Source of the DNA: Planctomycetota bacterium
Lineage (GTDB): Bacteria; Planctomycetota; UBA1135; UBA2386
Length of the DNA stretch: 64,000 bases
Assembly: GCA_046290465.1 (NCBI GenBank)
Contig: JBKAGP010000001.1
Location: 1,856,001-1,920,000 of the forward strand
Direction: 5' to 3'
Translations under genes and position numbers: made by a program
Notes under the pieces: model-generated
The model's database searches: none
What the model was told of the DNA's origin: nothing
Seen by the model: only the letters and a program-made list of their open reading frames with translations
In this document: positions 30,391-40,357 of the stretch, piece after piece
How the letters are laid out: each line of letters begins with the position of its first letter
How positions within the stretch are numbered: position 1 is the stretch's first letter

Positions 30391-32513
30391 CGGACGCCAG
30401 CAGCGAACCGGTGGCCGGGCCGCGGTGGCTGCCGTGGGTCTGCCTCGGCCTGCTGGTGCTGCCCTTCCACCCGCTGTGGCTCGACTTCGAGCAGGTCCGC
30501 CGCGGCCTGCTGCTGCTGCTGGTCGGCGCGCTGCTGTGCGGCAGCGAAGCACTCGCCGCCGCGCGCGGCACCGGACGCCTGCCGGCCGTGCGTGGCGGCG
30601 GCATCGGCCTGCTGTTCGTCGGCGGCCTTGCGCTGAGCGCCATCGTGCAGTTCGGCGTGCAGAGCGCCTTCCACGACGACGGCACGCCGTGGTCGTTCCA
30701 GCCGTGGGAGGCGGCCTACCGGATCGCGCACTGGCTGGCGCTGCTGACGATCGTGCGGATCGGCGCGCTGACGAAGCTCGCGGCGATCGCGGCGCCGGTC
30801 GCGACCCTGCTGCTGCTCACCTCGCTGTTCGGCCTGCTGCAGCGCATGGGCCTCGCCGAGATCGGCGGCTACGGCGTCGAGCGCGAGCCGGTCTCGACGC
30901 TCGGCAACCTCAACGTCGCCTCCGAGTGGACCGCGGTCGCCGCCGCCGCGACCGCCGTGCTGCTGCCGCACTTCGCCCCGAACCGTCGCTGGCTGCCGCT
31001 GCTGGCGCTGGCGTGCGCCGGGGCCTACCTGGTCGTCAACCCGTCGCGCTCGGGCAAGGTCGCCGCGACCGTCGGCCTGGTGCTGCTGGCGCTGATGCGG
31101 CGCCGGCAACGCGGCTGGCTGCCGCTGGCGGCGGCCGCCGGCGGCGCCCTGCTCGGCGCGCTGCTGGTCGCGGCGACGACGCTGCCGCAGCCGGACAAGG
31201 TCGCGATGCGCAAGGAGCTCGAGCGCGGCACGGTGACGCTGCAGGTGCGGTTCGAGATCGCGCGCGGCGCGATGCAGCTGCTGAAGGAGTCGCCCGTGTT
31301 CGGCAAGGGCCCGGGGCAGTTCCAGGTCGAGTACCCGCGCCATCGCAGCACGGCCGAGATCGAGGCGTCGAGCTTCGAACGGCAGTTCACGACCGAGGTG
31401 CGCACCGCGCACGACGACTGGCTCGAACTGCTGGTCGACGGTGGCCTGCCGATGATCGTGCTGTTCGCCGCGATGCTGTTCGCGCTGCAGCGCGGCCAGC
31501 GCGACAAGACCCGGCTGGTGCCGATGTTCGTGCTGCTGCTGCTGATGTTCGTGCGCGCGCCGGTGTTCAACGCACCGGCGGCGGCGCTGGCGTTCTGGCT
31601 GGTCGGCACGCCCGACGCGCCGACCGCGCCCGCCTCCTGGCGACGCTGGCTCAGCATCGTGCTGGCGGTCGTCGCCGGCGTCGCGATGCTCGTGCTCGGC
31701 ACCCTGCCGGTCGCCGGCAACACCGCGTTCGTGCCGTACCTGCGCGCCAAGCGCGACGGCACGCCCGCGCCGGTCGAGGCCGCCGCGGCCGCTTCGGAGT
31801 GGATGCCGTACGAGCCGCGCTGGCTCGAGGTGCAGGCCCGCGAGGCGATGGTCGACGGCAACCTGTCGGAGGCCGCGCAGCGCTGCGACGAGGCGCTGTC
31901 GCTGCGCCCGTTCTCGCCGCCGTTGCTGCTGCTGCTGGCGGAGATCCTGGCCCGCGGCAACCACTACGGCCAGGCGATCGAGCTGGCTCGCCGCGGCCTC
32001 GAGCTCGACCCGGACAACCCCGAACTGCGCGTGCTGGTCAGCACCGCCTACGCCGAACTGGGCGACGTCGAACGCGCGATCCGCGAGGTCGTCGTCGACC
32101 CGCACCCGCTGCTGCGCGAGAGCCTCGAGGGCCACTTCGCCGACCTCGCCGACCGCGCCGGCAAGCGCAACGAACTGCGCCAGGCCAACCGCTACCTGAT
32201 CGAGTACCTGTTCGTGGCGATCGCCAACCGCAGCGGCAACCGCGACGAGGAGTCGCTACGGCTGGTGCGCGAGTTCCAGAAGCAGGCCAGCGAGGCCGCC
32301 CGCCGCTATGACCGCGAACGCGAGGACATGCGCTGGATGATCACCGGCGGCCTCGCCGCCCTCGACGCCGGCCGCGAGGACCTCTGCGACGGCTACGCCG
32401 CCATGGCCCAGAAGTTCGGCGCCCGCCTCACCGACTGGCAGCGCAACCTGCTCGGCGACCAACTCGACCGCCTCCGCACCCGCCCCGCCTGGGCCCCCCT
32501 CCTCCCCAACTGA
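30387..32513 (+). CDS. O-antigen ligase (Wzy_C)-like membrane protein with C-terminal TPR
   Basis: STLGNLN, SRSG, VRFEI..PVFGKGPGQF, AHDDWLELLVDGG; TPR-like helices; ATGA-coupled to ftsY. Confidence 0.8.
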   Translation: MTDASSEPVAGPRWLPWVCLGLLVLPFHPLWLDFEQVRRGLLLLLVGALLCGSEALAAARGTGRLPAVRGGGIGLLFVGGLALSAIVQFGVQSAFHDDGTPWSFQPWEAAYRIAHWLALLTIVRIGALTKLAAIAAPVATLLLLTSLFGLLQRMGLAEIGGYGVEREPVSTLGNLNVASEWTAVAAAATAVLLPHFAPNRRWLPLLALACAGAYLVVNPSRSGKVAATVGLVLLALMRRRQRGWLPLAAAAGGALLGALLVAATTLPQPDKVAMRKELERGTVTLQVRFEIARGAMQLLKESPVFGKGPGQFQVEYPRHRSTAEIEASSFERQFTTEVRTAHDDWLELLVDGGLPMIVLFAAMLFALQRGQRDKTRLVPMFVLLLLMFVRAPVFNAPAAALAFWLVGTPDAPTAPASWRRWLSIVLAVVAGVAMLVLGTLPVAGNTAFVPYLRAKRDGTPAPVEAAAAASEWMPYEPRWLEVQAREAMVDGNLSEAAQRCDEALSLRPFSPPLLLLLAEILARGNHYGQAIELARRGLELDPDNPELRVLVSTAYAELGDVERAIREVVVDPHPLLRESLEGHFADLADRAGKRNELRQANRYLIEYLFVAIANRSGNRDEESLRLVREFQKQASEAARRYDREREDMRWMITGGLAALDAGREDLCDGYAAMAQKFGARLTDWQRNLLGDQLDRLRTRPAWAPLLPN

Positions 32514-32515
32514 CT

Positions 32516-32545
32516 TGCCGTACGGTACCGTGCCGTACGGTACCG
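32516..32545. repeat. Perfect 15-bp tandem repeat of overlapping palindromes
   Basis: tgccgtacggtaccg x2, between convergent stop codons. Confidence 0.9.
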
Positions 32546-32578
32546 GGTTCGTCCTACAACTTCCGCCGCACCCACCAC

Positions 32579-33463
32579 CTACTTCTTCTTCTCGGCCGCC
32601 GCCTCCAGCAGCCCCTCCAGTTCGACCTCGGCGCCCGCCGCCTCGACGAACTGCTCGAACGTCCACTCGTGGCCGTGCAGCGCGTGCGCCTTCGGGAACA
32701 GGTGCTGCAGCTTCTCCTGCAGACGGAACGTCAGCATCGCCATGCCCAGCCGTGTCGCGTGCAGCCGGTCCTCCTGCAGCAGCGCGGCCGGCGCGGTGCG
32801 CACCTTGCCCTGCTTCAGCGGCAGCTCGACGCCGTCGACCTTCAGCTCGTGCACCAGGCGCGACAGCGGCACCAGCAGCACGTCCTCGCGCTGCTTCGCC
32901 CACGCGGCCAGCCGTTCGTTGAGCTGCTTCAGGATCGCCGCCGACGGGATCTGCTGCGGCTTCAGCATGCGCACCGCGGCGCCGCGCATGTCCGGCAGAT
33001 CGCCGACCACCAGCGGCCCGTCGAGCTGCGCCAGCAGCGCGAGCCCCCGCTCGAAGCGCTTCGTGCGCGCCTCGTTCTCGTCGCCCCGCACGTAGCCGTA
33101 GGCGAACCAGAACGGGAAGTCGATCGCGACCACCGCGTCCGGCTTGCGCCGCTTCGCCAGCGCGATCTCCTTCTCCCCGGTCCCGACCGGATCCTGGAAC
33201 AGCATCCACATCTCCATCGGCGGATGCGTCGTCACCTTGACCTCGCCGTCGCACCACTTCTTGAGCATGCGATGCAGCGACACCGACTGGCCCTGGTTCT
33301 CGGCGCCGAACAGCGGGCCGTCCATGAACCCGCCGCTGACGCTCGCGCCGATGATGTGGATGCGCTCGGGCGCGACCGGGGCTTCCCGCTGCGCGGCCAG
33401 CGAAACGGTGAGCAGCAGCAGCAGCCCTGCGAACGTGCGGATTCTTCCGACCATGCCGCTCAT
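32579..33463 (-). CDS. Secreted SGNH/GDSL-like hydrolase
   Basis: Signal peptide LAA|Q; IIGASVS (block I variant) and DRLH (block V). Confidence 0.65.
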   Translation of the reverse strand: MSGMVGRIRTFAGLLLLLTVSLAAQREAPVAPERIHIIGASVSGGFMDGPLFGAENQGQSVSLHRMLKKWCDGEVKVTTHPPMEMWMLFQDPVGTGEKEIALAKRRKPDAVVAIDFPFWFAYGYVRGDENEARTKRFERGLALLAQLDGPLVVGDLPDMRGAAVRMLKPQQIPSAAILKQLNERLAAWAKQREDVLLVPLSRLVHELKVDGVELPLKQGKVRTAPAALLQEDRLHATRLGMAMLTFRLQEKLQHLFPKAHALHGHEWTFEQFVEAAGAEVELEGLLEAAAEKKK

Positions 33464-36240
33464 CGTAGCCAATCGACCACCGCGTCGTGCACCCGCCGAC
33501 GCACCGACGTGATCTTGTTGTTCACCCGGGTCGGATGCACCCGGTTGCTCAACAGCACCACGCAGACATCGTGGCGCGGGCTGCACCACAGCGACGTGCC
33601 GGTGAAGCCGGTGTGCCCGAACGTGCCGGCCGGCACCTCGGTCCCCGCCCACGAACCGCTGCGCAGCAGCTGGAAGCCGAGCCCGCGCGTCGTGTCCGAC
33701 CCGATCCCCGACGGCCGCGTCGCCTCGGCGACGATCGCACGCGGCAGCACCGGCGCGCCGCCGGCCAGCAGCGCGGTGCCGTAGCGGGCGACGCCGTCGG
33801 CGGTCGCGAACAGCCCGGCGTGCCCCGACACCCCGCCCATCGCATAGGCGTTCTCGTCGTGCACGTGTCCCTGCACCACCCGACCGCGCCACCGATCGTC
33901 CTCGGTCGGCGCCGCATCGCACGGCTCGCCCGCCGTCGGCGTGAAGAACGCGTCCATGCCCAGCGGCCCGGACACGAACCGCCGCACGTAGAGCGCGTAC
34001 GGCACCCCCGACGCCTTCTCGACGACCTGCATCAGCAGCATGAAGCCCAGGTCGCTGTAGCGCACCGCGGTGCCCGGCTCGAGCATCAGCCCCTCCTTCG
34101 CCGCCGCCGCCAGGATCGCATCGCGCCCCTCGAGCGAACGGAAGAACCGCACGTACGACGGCAGGCCCCCCTGGTGCGCGAGCAGGTGGCGCACCGTCAC
34201 CTGCTCCTTGCCCGCACCGACGAACTCCGGCACGTACTTCTGCACCGGGTCGTCGAGCGACAGCTTGCCCTCGGCCACCAGCCGCAGCACCGCCGGCGTG
34301 GTCGCACACACCTTGGTCAGCGACGCGAGGTCGTAGCGCGTCTCCTTGGTGACTGCCGGCGCATCGTCGGCGTACGACATCCGCCCCGCCGCGACCCGCG
34401 CGACCACGTCGCCACGCCGGGTCACGACGCACATCGCCCCGGGGAACGCGCGGTCCGCGACCGCCGCGTCCAGGTGCGCACGGATCGCCGCGACCAGCTC
34501 GGTGTCGATCGCGTTGCCGCCGAACGGCGGGCGCAGCGACAGGCCGTCGCCCGCCTCGGCGACGCCCGGGATCGCGACCGGCAGCCGCCCGACCAGCCGG
34601 CCGGTGCCGCGCAGCGCATCGGCGACCGCGCGCTGCACGTGCGAGGTCGCGGCGAACGCGGCGACGTAGGCATCGGCGTGCGGCAGGTCCTGCACCAGGT
34701 AGGGGTTGCCGAACGACACCACCACGACCTTCTGCTTCGCCTGCAGTTGCTCGAGCACCGGCCGCAGCCGCGCCGGCACGGCCACGCCGCCGCTGCTCTC
34801 GCGCACCTTGACGTAGATCGCGGCGACCACGGTCTCGGCGAGCGCGACCTTGCGCCGCGCCGCCGCGATCTGCTCGTCGCTGCTGGTCCCCGACAGGCGC
34901 AGCATCGACTCGTCGGGCTGCGGCACGACCGCGCGCATGCGCTCGGCGAACTCACCGCCCTGGCCGTCGTCCTTGTCCACGATCGTCACCAGCACCGTGC
35001 CGGCCGCGCCCCGCCGCACCGCGGCGAGCGCGCCGTCGCGTTCGCGCACCAGCACCGGGCCGGCCGCGGCGATCTCCTTGGCGACGGTCACCGCCTCGGG
35101 CCGCCGCAGCTGTCGCTGCCAGTCTTCGGCGACCCTGCCGCCGCCATCCAGCAGGCCGACGCGCTGCTTCATGCCGAGGATGCGCCGCACAGCGTCGTCG
35201 AGCCGCGCCATCGGCACGCGGCCGCTCTCGACGGCATCGACGACGGCCTGCCGCGCGACCAGCGGTTCGGGCGGCATCAGCAGCACATCGGCACCGGCCA
35301 GCAGCGCCCGCACGGCGACCTCGCCGGGCGAGAACGCGTTCTTGACGCCGCCCATGTCGAGCGCGTCGGTCACCACCAGACCGGTGAACCCGAGTTCGTC
35401 GCGCAGCACGTCGCCGAGGATCTTGCGGCTCAGCGTCGCCGGCACGTTCGCGGCCTCGCCGAGCCCCGGCACCGCCAGGTGGCCGGTCATCACCGACTCG
35501 AGGCCCTCGCGCGCGGCGTCGCCGAACGGCCGCAGCTCGACGCGGCGCAGCCGATCGCCGTCGCCGGGCACGGTCGGCAGCTCCATGTGGGAGTCACTGG
35601 CAACGTCGCCGTGGCCCGGAAAGTGCTTGCCGCACGAGATCAACCCGGCGCCGCGCACCCCGCGCGCAAACGCCCGCCCGAGCCGCGAGACCAGCGCCGG
35701 GTCCTCGCCGAAGCTGCGCACGTTGATGATCGGGTTCTGCGGGTTGCTGTTGACGTCGAGCACCGGCGCGAACACCCAGTGGAAGCCGAGTGCCTTGGCC
35801 TCGCGCCCGGTCACCCGCCCCATCGCCTCGGCCAGCCGTTCGTCGCCGGTCGCGCCGACCAGCATCTGGTTGCCGAGTTCGGTCGCGCCCTGCAGGCGGA
35901 ACCAGACGCCGCCTTCGAAGTCGCCGGCCATCAGCAGCGGCACCTGCGCCTTGGCCTGCAGCTTCGGGATCAGCATCGCCGCGTCCTCACAGCTGCCGAG
36001 GCTCAGGATCACGCCGCCGAGACCGACCTCCTCGACCCAGCGCAGCATCTGCTCGTGGTTGTCGCCGCTCGGGCGCGACAGGCTCCACGAGACGAACAGC
36101 TGGCCGGCCTTCTGCTCGAGGGTGAGGCGGCCGAGCAGCTGGTCGACGGGGTCCTGGGCGGGCAGGGCCGAGCCGAGGGCGAAGGCCAGTGGGGCGAGCA
36201 GCAGGGCGGAGACGGGACGCAGGAGCCGGCGGACGTTCAC
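33460..36240 (-). CDS. GH3 beta-N-acetylglucosaminidase fused to a beta-lactamase-family serine hydrolase
   Basis: GH3 motifs RSFGED, KHFPGHG..DSH, VTDALDM; C-terminal SLTK, YSD, HTGFTG. Confidence 0.92.
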   Translation of the reverse strand: MNVRRLLRPVSALLLAPLAFALGSALPAQDPVDQLLGRLTLEQKAGQLFVSWSLSRPSGDNHEQMLRWVEEVGLGGVILSLGSCEDAAMLIPKLQAKAQVPLLMAGDFEGGVWFRLQGATELGNQMLVGATGDERLAEAMGRVTGREAKALGFHWVFAPVLDVNSNPQNPIINVRSFGEDPALVSRLGRAFARGVRGAGLISCGKHFPGHGDVASDSHMELPTVPGDGDRLRRVELRPFGDAAREGLESVMTGHLAVPGLGEAANVPATLSRKILGDVLRDELGFTGLVVTDALDMGGVKNAFSPGEVAVRALLAGADVLLMPPEPLVARQAVVDAVESGRVPMARLDDAVRRILGMKQRVGLLDGGGRVAEDWQRQLRRPEAVTVAKEIAAAGPVLVRERDGALAAVRRGAAGTVLVTIVDKDDGQGGEFAERMRAVVPQPDESMLRLSGTSSDEQIAAARRKVALAETVVAAIYVKVRESSGGVAVPARLRPVLEQLQAKQKVVVVSFGNPYLVQDLPHADAYVAAFAATSHVQRAVADALRGTGRLVGRLPVAIPGVAEAGDGLSLRPPFGGNAIDTELVAAIRAHLDAAVADRAFPGAMCVVTRRGDVVARVAAGRMSYADDAPAVTKETRYDLASLTKVCATTPAVLRLVAEGKLSLDDPVQKYVPEFVGAGKEQVTVRHLLAHQGGLPSYVRFFRSLEGRDAILAAAAKEGLMLEPGTAVRYSDLGFMLLMQVVEKASGVPYALYVRRFVSGPLGMDAFFTPTAGEPCDAAPTEDDRWRGRVVQGHVHDENAYAMGGVSGHAGLFATADGVARYGTALLAGGAPVLPRAIVAEATRPSGIGSDTTRGLGFQLLRSGSWAGTEVPAGTFGHTGFTGTSLWCSPRHDVCVVLLSNRVHPTRVNNKITSVRRRVHDAVVDWLR

Positions 36241-36280
36241 GCCGATATCGTATGGTCGCCTGCCAGGATTCGCTCGCCAG

Positions 36281-37042
36281 TTAGCCGGTAGCGTCCGCCG
36301 TCGCGTCCAGGCTGCTGGCCGCCTCCGGATCCAGCAGGACCAGCACGTTCGCGTGGTTGCGCAGCGCCGAAGCCGGGCAGTTCTCGCTGACGTCACCCTG
36401 CAGCATGTCGCGCACCGCGTCGGCCTTGCCGCGACCGAACGCACACAGCACGATCCGGTCGGCGCCGAGGATCGACTTGAGGCCGGCGGTGACCGCGCGG
36501 CGCGGCGGCTCGTCCGGGACGAACGTCGGCGCGGCGTCGGCACGCGTCGACTCGGCCAGCGTGGTCACGTGGAACCCCTTGTCGAACGACGCCCCGGGCT
36601 CGTTGAACGCGACGTGGCCATTGCGACCGATGCCGAGGAACTGCAGCTTGATGCCGCCGGCGCGCTCGATGCGCTCCTCGTGGGCCCGCATCGAGCCCTC
36701 GGCACCGTGGCAGGGCACCGGCAGGAACGAGCCGCGCGCCAGCATGTCGCGCAGGGCCGGGCAGCGCAGCGTCAGCTCGTGCACCATGCCGCCGCGGCGG
36801 TTGGGTTCGAACGCGATGTATTCGTCGAGATGCGTGCCGACGAAAGCCGAGCCGTCGACGCGGCCCGCCTTCAGTTCGGCGTCGAGCGAACGGAAGAACG
36901 CCGTGTAGGTCCCGCCGGTCGCGAAGCTGACCAACGGCCGGGAGCTCGCAGCGATCACGTCGCGCAGCTCACCCAGCAGAAGAGGCACCGCGGACTCCGC
37001 GGCGTCCAGGACTCTCACTTCGGGAATGGCTTGTGGCTCCAT
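36281..37042 (-). CDS. nagB: Glucosamine-6-phosphate deaminase
   Basis: ATGGT, LDEY, GIGRNGHVAFNEPG, CPASAL. Confidence 0.9.
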   Translation of the reverse strand: MEPQAIPEVRVLDAAESAVPLLLGELRDVIAASSRPLVSFATGGTYTAFFRSLDAELKAGRVDGSAFVGTHLDEYIAFEPNRRGGMVHELTLRCPALRDMLARGSFLPVPCHGAEGSMRAHEERIERAGGIKLQFLGIGRNGHVAFNEPGASFDKGFHVTTLAESTRADAAPTFVPDEPPRRAVTAGLKSILGADRIVLCAFGRGKADAVRDMLQGDVSENCPASALRNHANVLVLLDPEAASSLDATADATG

Positions 37043-37135
37043 CGTCCTGTAACTGTGCCGTCGAAAGGGCTCGCTGACAAGAGAGGAGCTCCCCGCGCAC
37101 GGCCGGTCAAGGCAACCCAAGCAGCTGAATTTCCG

Positions 37136-38206
37136 CTACTTGCGCTGCTTCGCAGGCGGACGGGCGGTCTTGGCCGTTTCCTCACTCGTCGGGCGGACCG
37201 TTCGACCTGCGGATCCGCCACCACCGGTGGACGGGCGGGCGTCGTTGTGGGCCTTCGAACCACCGGTCCCAACGGCGGGACCGGCACCGCGCACGCGCAG
37301 CGTGACCCGGTAGAGCGAGGTGCGCGCGGTCACGAACAGCTGCCTGCCATCCGCCCCACCGAACGCACAGTTGGACGGCTTCTCGGGCAGCGCGATCGTG
37401 GCCAGCCGTTCGCCCTTCGGTGAGTAGATCCGCACGCCGTCGCGGGCCGTCGTGTAGAGGTTGCCGAGGCGGTCACAGCGCATGCCGTCGGCGCCGCCCT
37501 CGAGCCAGAACGCAGCCTTGCCGAGCGAGCCGTCCGGCCGGATCGGAAACGCGCCGACCCGCTGCTTGCTGCCGCTGTCGGCGATGTAGAGGCGCTGGTG
37601 GTCGGGCGCGAAGCAGATGCCGTTGGGCATCGAGAAGCCGCGGTGCACGATCGCGACCGCGCCGCTGGCCGGATCGAGCCGGTAGACGAAGTTGCCGGCG
37701 GCGTGCTGCTCGCGGCCGCGCAGGCCGTAGGTCGGATCGGTGAACCAGATCGTGCCGTCCGCACGCACCGCCAGGTCGTTGGGCGAGTTGTAGGCCTTGC
37801 CGTCGCAGGCTGCGGTCAGCACCTCGGCCTTGCCGTCCTTGCCCCACCGCACGACGTTGCGGCCGCGGTGCTGCGCGCTGAGCAGCCGCCCCTGCAGGTC
37901 GAGCGCGTTGCCGTTGCTCTGCTCGCTGTCGCGCCACACGACGCAGCCGGCCTTGGCCGTCCAGCGCATCAGCCGCGCGTTGGGGATGTCCGAGAACACC
38001 AGCGCCTGCTCGGTGGGCAGCCACACCGGCCCCTCGACGAACTTCATGCCGGTGCCGAGCCGTTCGATCGCCGCGTCGGCGGGGACCAGTTGGCGGCCAG
38101 CCTCGCGGTGGAACGTGACCTGCGCCGGCAGCGCGGCGGCCAGCACGGCGAACGAGATGCCGGCGAACGGGATGCCGGCAAATGGGGCGAGAACGGCAGG
38201 CTTCAT
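37136..38206 (-). CDS. Secreted SMP-30/gluconolactonase family protein
   Basis: EGPVW, FSDI, NSPND, FTDP, PNGI, ADG. Confidence 0.9.
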   Translation of the reverse strand: MKPAVLAPFAGIPFAGISFAVLAAALPAQVTFHREAGRQLVPADAAIERLGTGMKFVEGPVWLPTEQALVFSDIPNARLMRWTAKAGCVVWRDSEQSNGNALDLQGRLLSAQHRGRNVVRWGKDGKAEVLTAACDGKAYNSPNDLAVRADGTIWFTDPTYGLRGREQHAAGNFVYRLDPASGAVAIVHRGFSMPNGICFAPDHQRLYIADSGSKQRVGAFPIRPDGSLGKAAFWLEGGADGMRCDRLGNLYTTARDGVRIYSPKGERLATIALPEKPSNCAFGGADGRQLFVTARTSLYRVTLRVRGAGPAVGTGGSKAHNDARPSTGGGGSAGRTVRPTSEETAKTARPPAKQRK

Positions 38207-38207
38207 C

Positions 38208-39362
38208 TCAGACCTTCCAGACGAGGTTGCGGCGATAGAGGGCGCGGAGCACGACGAACCAGGCGACGATCCACAGCAGCGCGAACAGCAGCGACGCGAA
38301 CTTCGGCTCGCCGAGCGGCAGCAGCAGGGTCTCGAACAGCCAGGTCTTCAGCGACACGGTGCGGCCGTCGACGTCGAACGTGATCAGCGACGCGATCAGG
38401 CGACCGAGCAGGCCGCTGCCGACGAACACCAGCAGCGCGTTGGTGCCGTAGACCTGCAGCGGGTAGGCGAGCCGGTCGAAGCGACGCTGCTCGAAGAAGT
38501 GCACGCACAGGCCGAGCCCCGCGGTCGCGATGCCCGCGGTCCAGACCGCGTAGCTGCTGGTCCACAGGTACTTGTTGGCCGGCAGCAGCCACGACCAGAC
38601 CGCGCCGAGCGCCATCAGCAGCAGGCCGCGGCGCAGCAGCCCCGACGAGCGCGCAGCGACGTCGGGGTTGGCGCGCAGCAGGCGGCCGGCTTCGACGCCG
38701 AACAGGCAGGTCGAAAGCGCCGGGATCGTGCTGAGCAGGCCTTCGGGGTCGTACTTGCCCTTGACCCAGATGTGGTCGCCGAACACGGCGCGGTCGACGT
38801 AGCCCTGCAGGGTGCCCATCGGCTCGGACAGGTCCGGCGCGCCGAAGCCCGGCACCGGCACCAGCGTGATCAACGGCCAGTAGAGCAGCAGGCACGACCA
38901 CAGCACCCACCGCTGCGTGCGCGCCGACGTGAACAGGAACAGCAGCGCGGCCGTTCCGTAGCAGACGCCGATGCGCTGCAGCACGCCGGGGAAGCGGGTC
39001 GTCAGCAGCGGGTCGAACAGGTCGCGGCCGTCGGCGAACGTGATCAGCGGGAACGCCGACAACAGCATGCCGAGCAGCACCAGCTTGACGACGCGCAGCA
39101 GCAGCCCGCGCACGATCGGCCCGCGCGGATCGCCGCGGTCGACCTTCTTGCACAGCGCTGGCACGATCGCGACCCCGGCGCAGAACAGGAACGTCGGAAA
39201 CACCAGATCGGTGAACGTGCAGCCGTGCCAGTCCGCGTGGCGCAGCGGTCCGTACTGCCAGTCGCGCCCCCAGCGACCGGGGTTGTTGACCAGGATCATC
39301 GCGGCGATCGACAGGCCGCGCAGGGCGTCGAGGCCGAGCCAGCGGCCCGTCGAAGAGCTCAT
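38208..39362 (-). CDS. HGSNAT/NagX-like membrane acyltransferase-family protein
   Basis: LDALRG, MILVNNPG, LRHADWHG, DLVFPTF, GVLQRI, DPEG, NKYLWTSS. Confidence 0.88.
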   Translation of the reverse strand: MSSSTGRWLGLDALRGLSIAAMILVNNPGRWGRDWQYGPLRHADWHGCTFTDLVFPTFLFCAGVAIVPALCKKVDRGDPRGPIVRGLLLRVVKLVLLGMLLSAFPLITFADGRDLFDPLLTTRFPGVLQRIGVCYGTAALLFLFTSARTQRWVLWSCLLLYWPLITLVPVPGFGAPDLSEPMGTLQGYVDRAVFGDHIWVKGKYDPEGLLSTIPALSTCLFGVEAGRLLRANPDVAARSSGLLRRGLLLMALGAVWSWLLPANKYLWTSSYAVWTAGIATAGLGLCVHFFEQRRFDRLAYPLQVYGTNALLVFVGSGLLGRLIASLITFDVDGRTVSLKTWLFETLLLPLGEPKFASLLFALLWIVAWFVVLRALYRRNLVWKV

Positions 39363-39368
39363 GCCGCG

Positions 39369-40277
39369 CTACGCCGGAGCCTCGAGCGAAGCGCGCACGC
39401 TGCCGTCGTGCGTGAACAGCAGGGTGCGGGCGACGTGCGGCTCGACCCCCTTGGTCTTGGCCACGATCGCCGCCTTGACCTCGCCGTCGGCGGCCGCGAG
39501 CATGCGCTCGGCCTCGGCCAGCTCGCAGTGGCAGGCCTCGGCGACGATCCGCACGCTGCGGGCGCGCAGCTTGGCGTTGGTGGCCTGCAGGTCGACCATC
39601 AGGTTGCCGTAGACCTTGTTGAGCCGCACGAACGCGCCGGTGCTCAGCATGTTGAGCACCATCTTGGTGGCGGTGCCGGCCTTCAGGCGCGTGCTGCCGG
39701 TCAGCACTTCGGCGCCGGTCTCGACCTCGATCGCGTGGTCGACGCCGATCACCGCCGCGCTGCCGGGGTTCATGGTGACGCCGACGGTCAGCGCCTTGAC
39801 GCTGCGCGCGTGTTCGAGCGCGCCGAGCACGTACGGTGTCCGGCCGCTGGCGGCGATGCCGACGACGGCGTCCTTCTGGCCGAGGTCGAGCGCCGCGAGG
39901 TCCTTGCCGGCCAGCTCCGGGTCGTCCTCGGCGCCCTCGACCGCGCGCAAGAACGCGTCCTGGCCGCCGGCGATCAGGCCGAGCACCTGCTGCGGGTCGG
40001 CCGAGAACGTCGGCGGACACTCGGCGGCGTCGAGCACCCCGAGGCGCCCCGACGTGCCGGCACCGACGTAGATCAGCCGGCCGCCCTTGTGCATGCGCTG
40101 GGCGATCGCGTCGACGGCGTCGGCGATCTTCGGCAGCACCAGCCGCACCGCTTCGGCGATGTGGCGGTCCTCGTCGTTCATCGCGGTGACGACATCGAGC
40201 GTCGACATCGCGTCGAGTTCTTCGCTGCGCGGGTTGCGGGACTCGGTCCGAAGCTGCGACAGGTCGACCTGGGTCAT
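39369..40277 (-). CDS. murQ: N-acetylmuramic acid 6-phosphate etherase
   Basis: TESRNP, GAGTSGRLG, DAAECPPTF, EGAED, GSTRLKAGTA, GNLMVD. Confidence 0.95.
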   Translation of the reverse strand: MTQVDLSQLRTESRNPRSEELDAMSTLDVVTAMNDEDRHIAEAVRLVLPKIADAVDAIAQRMHKGGRLIYVGAGTSGRLGVLDAAECPPTFSADPQQVLGLIAGGQDAFLRAVEGAEDDPELAGKDLAALDLGQKDAVVGIAASGRTPYVLGALEHARSVKALTVGVTMNPGSAAVIGVDHAIEVETGAEVLTGSTRLKAGTATKMVLNMLSTGAFVRLNKVYGNLMVDLQATNAKLRARSVRIVAEACHCELAEAERMLAAADGEVKAAIVAKTKGVEPHVARTLLFTHDGSVRASLEAPA

Positions 40278-40357
40278 GGCCGGCATGATCGCGCATGGCC
40301 GCCCCGAACACCATGGGTCGCGTGACGGGGATCGTCCGTCGCGCTACGGTCGCGGCG

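Noticed and set aside
33460..34500. Antibiotic-resistance beta-lactamases (this domain and the MBL at 4033-5571)
   Set aside because: Fusion partners and context point to an AmiE-like hydrolase and a LACTB2-like enzyme.
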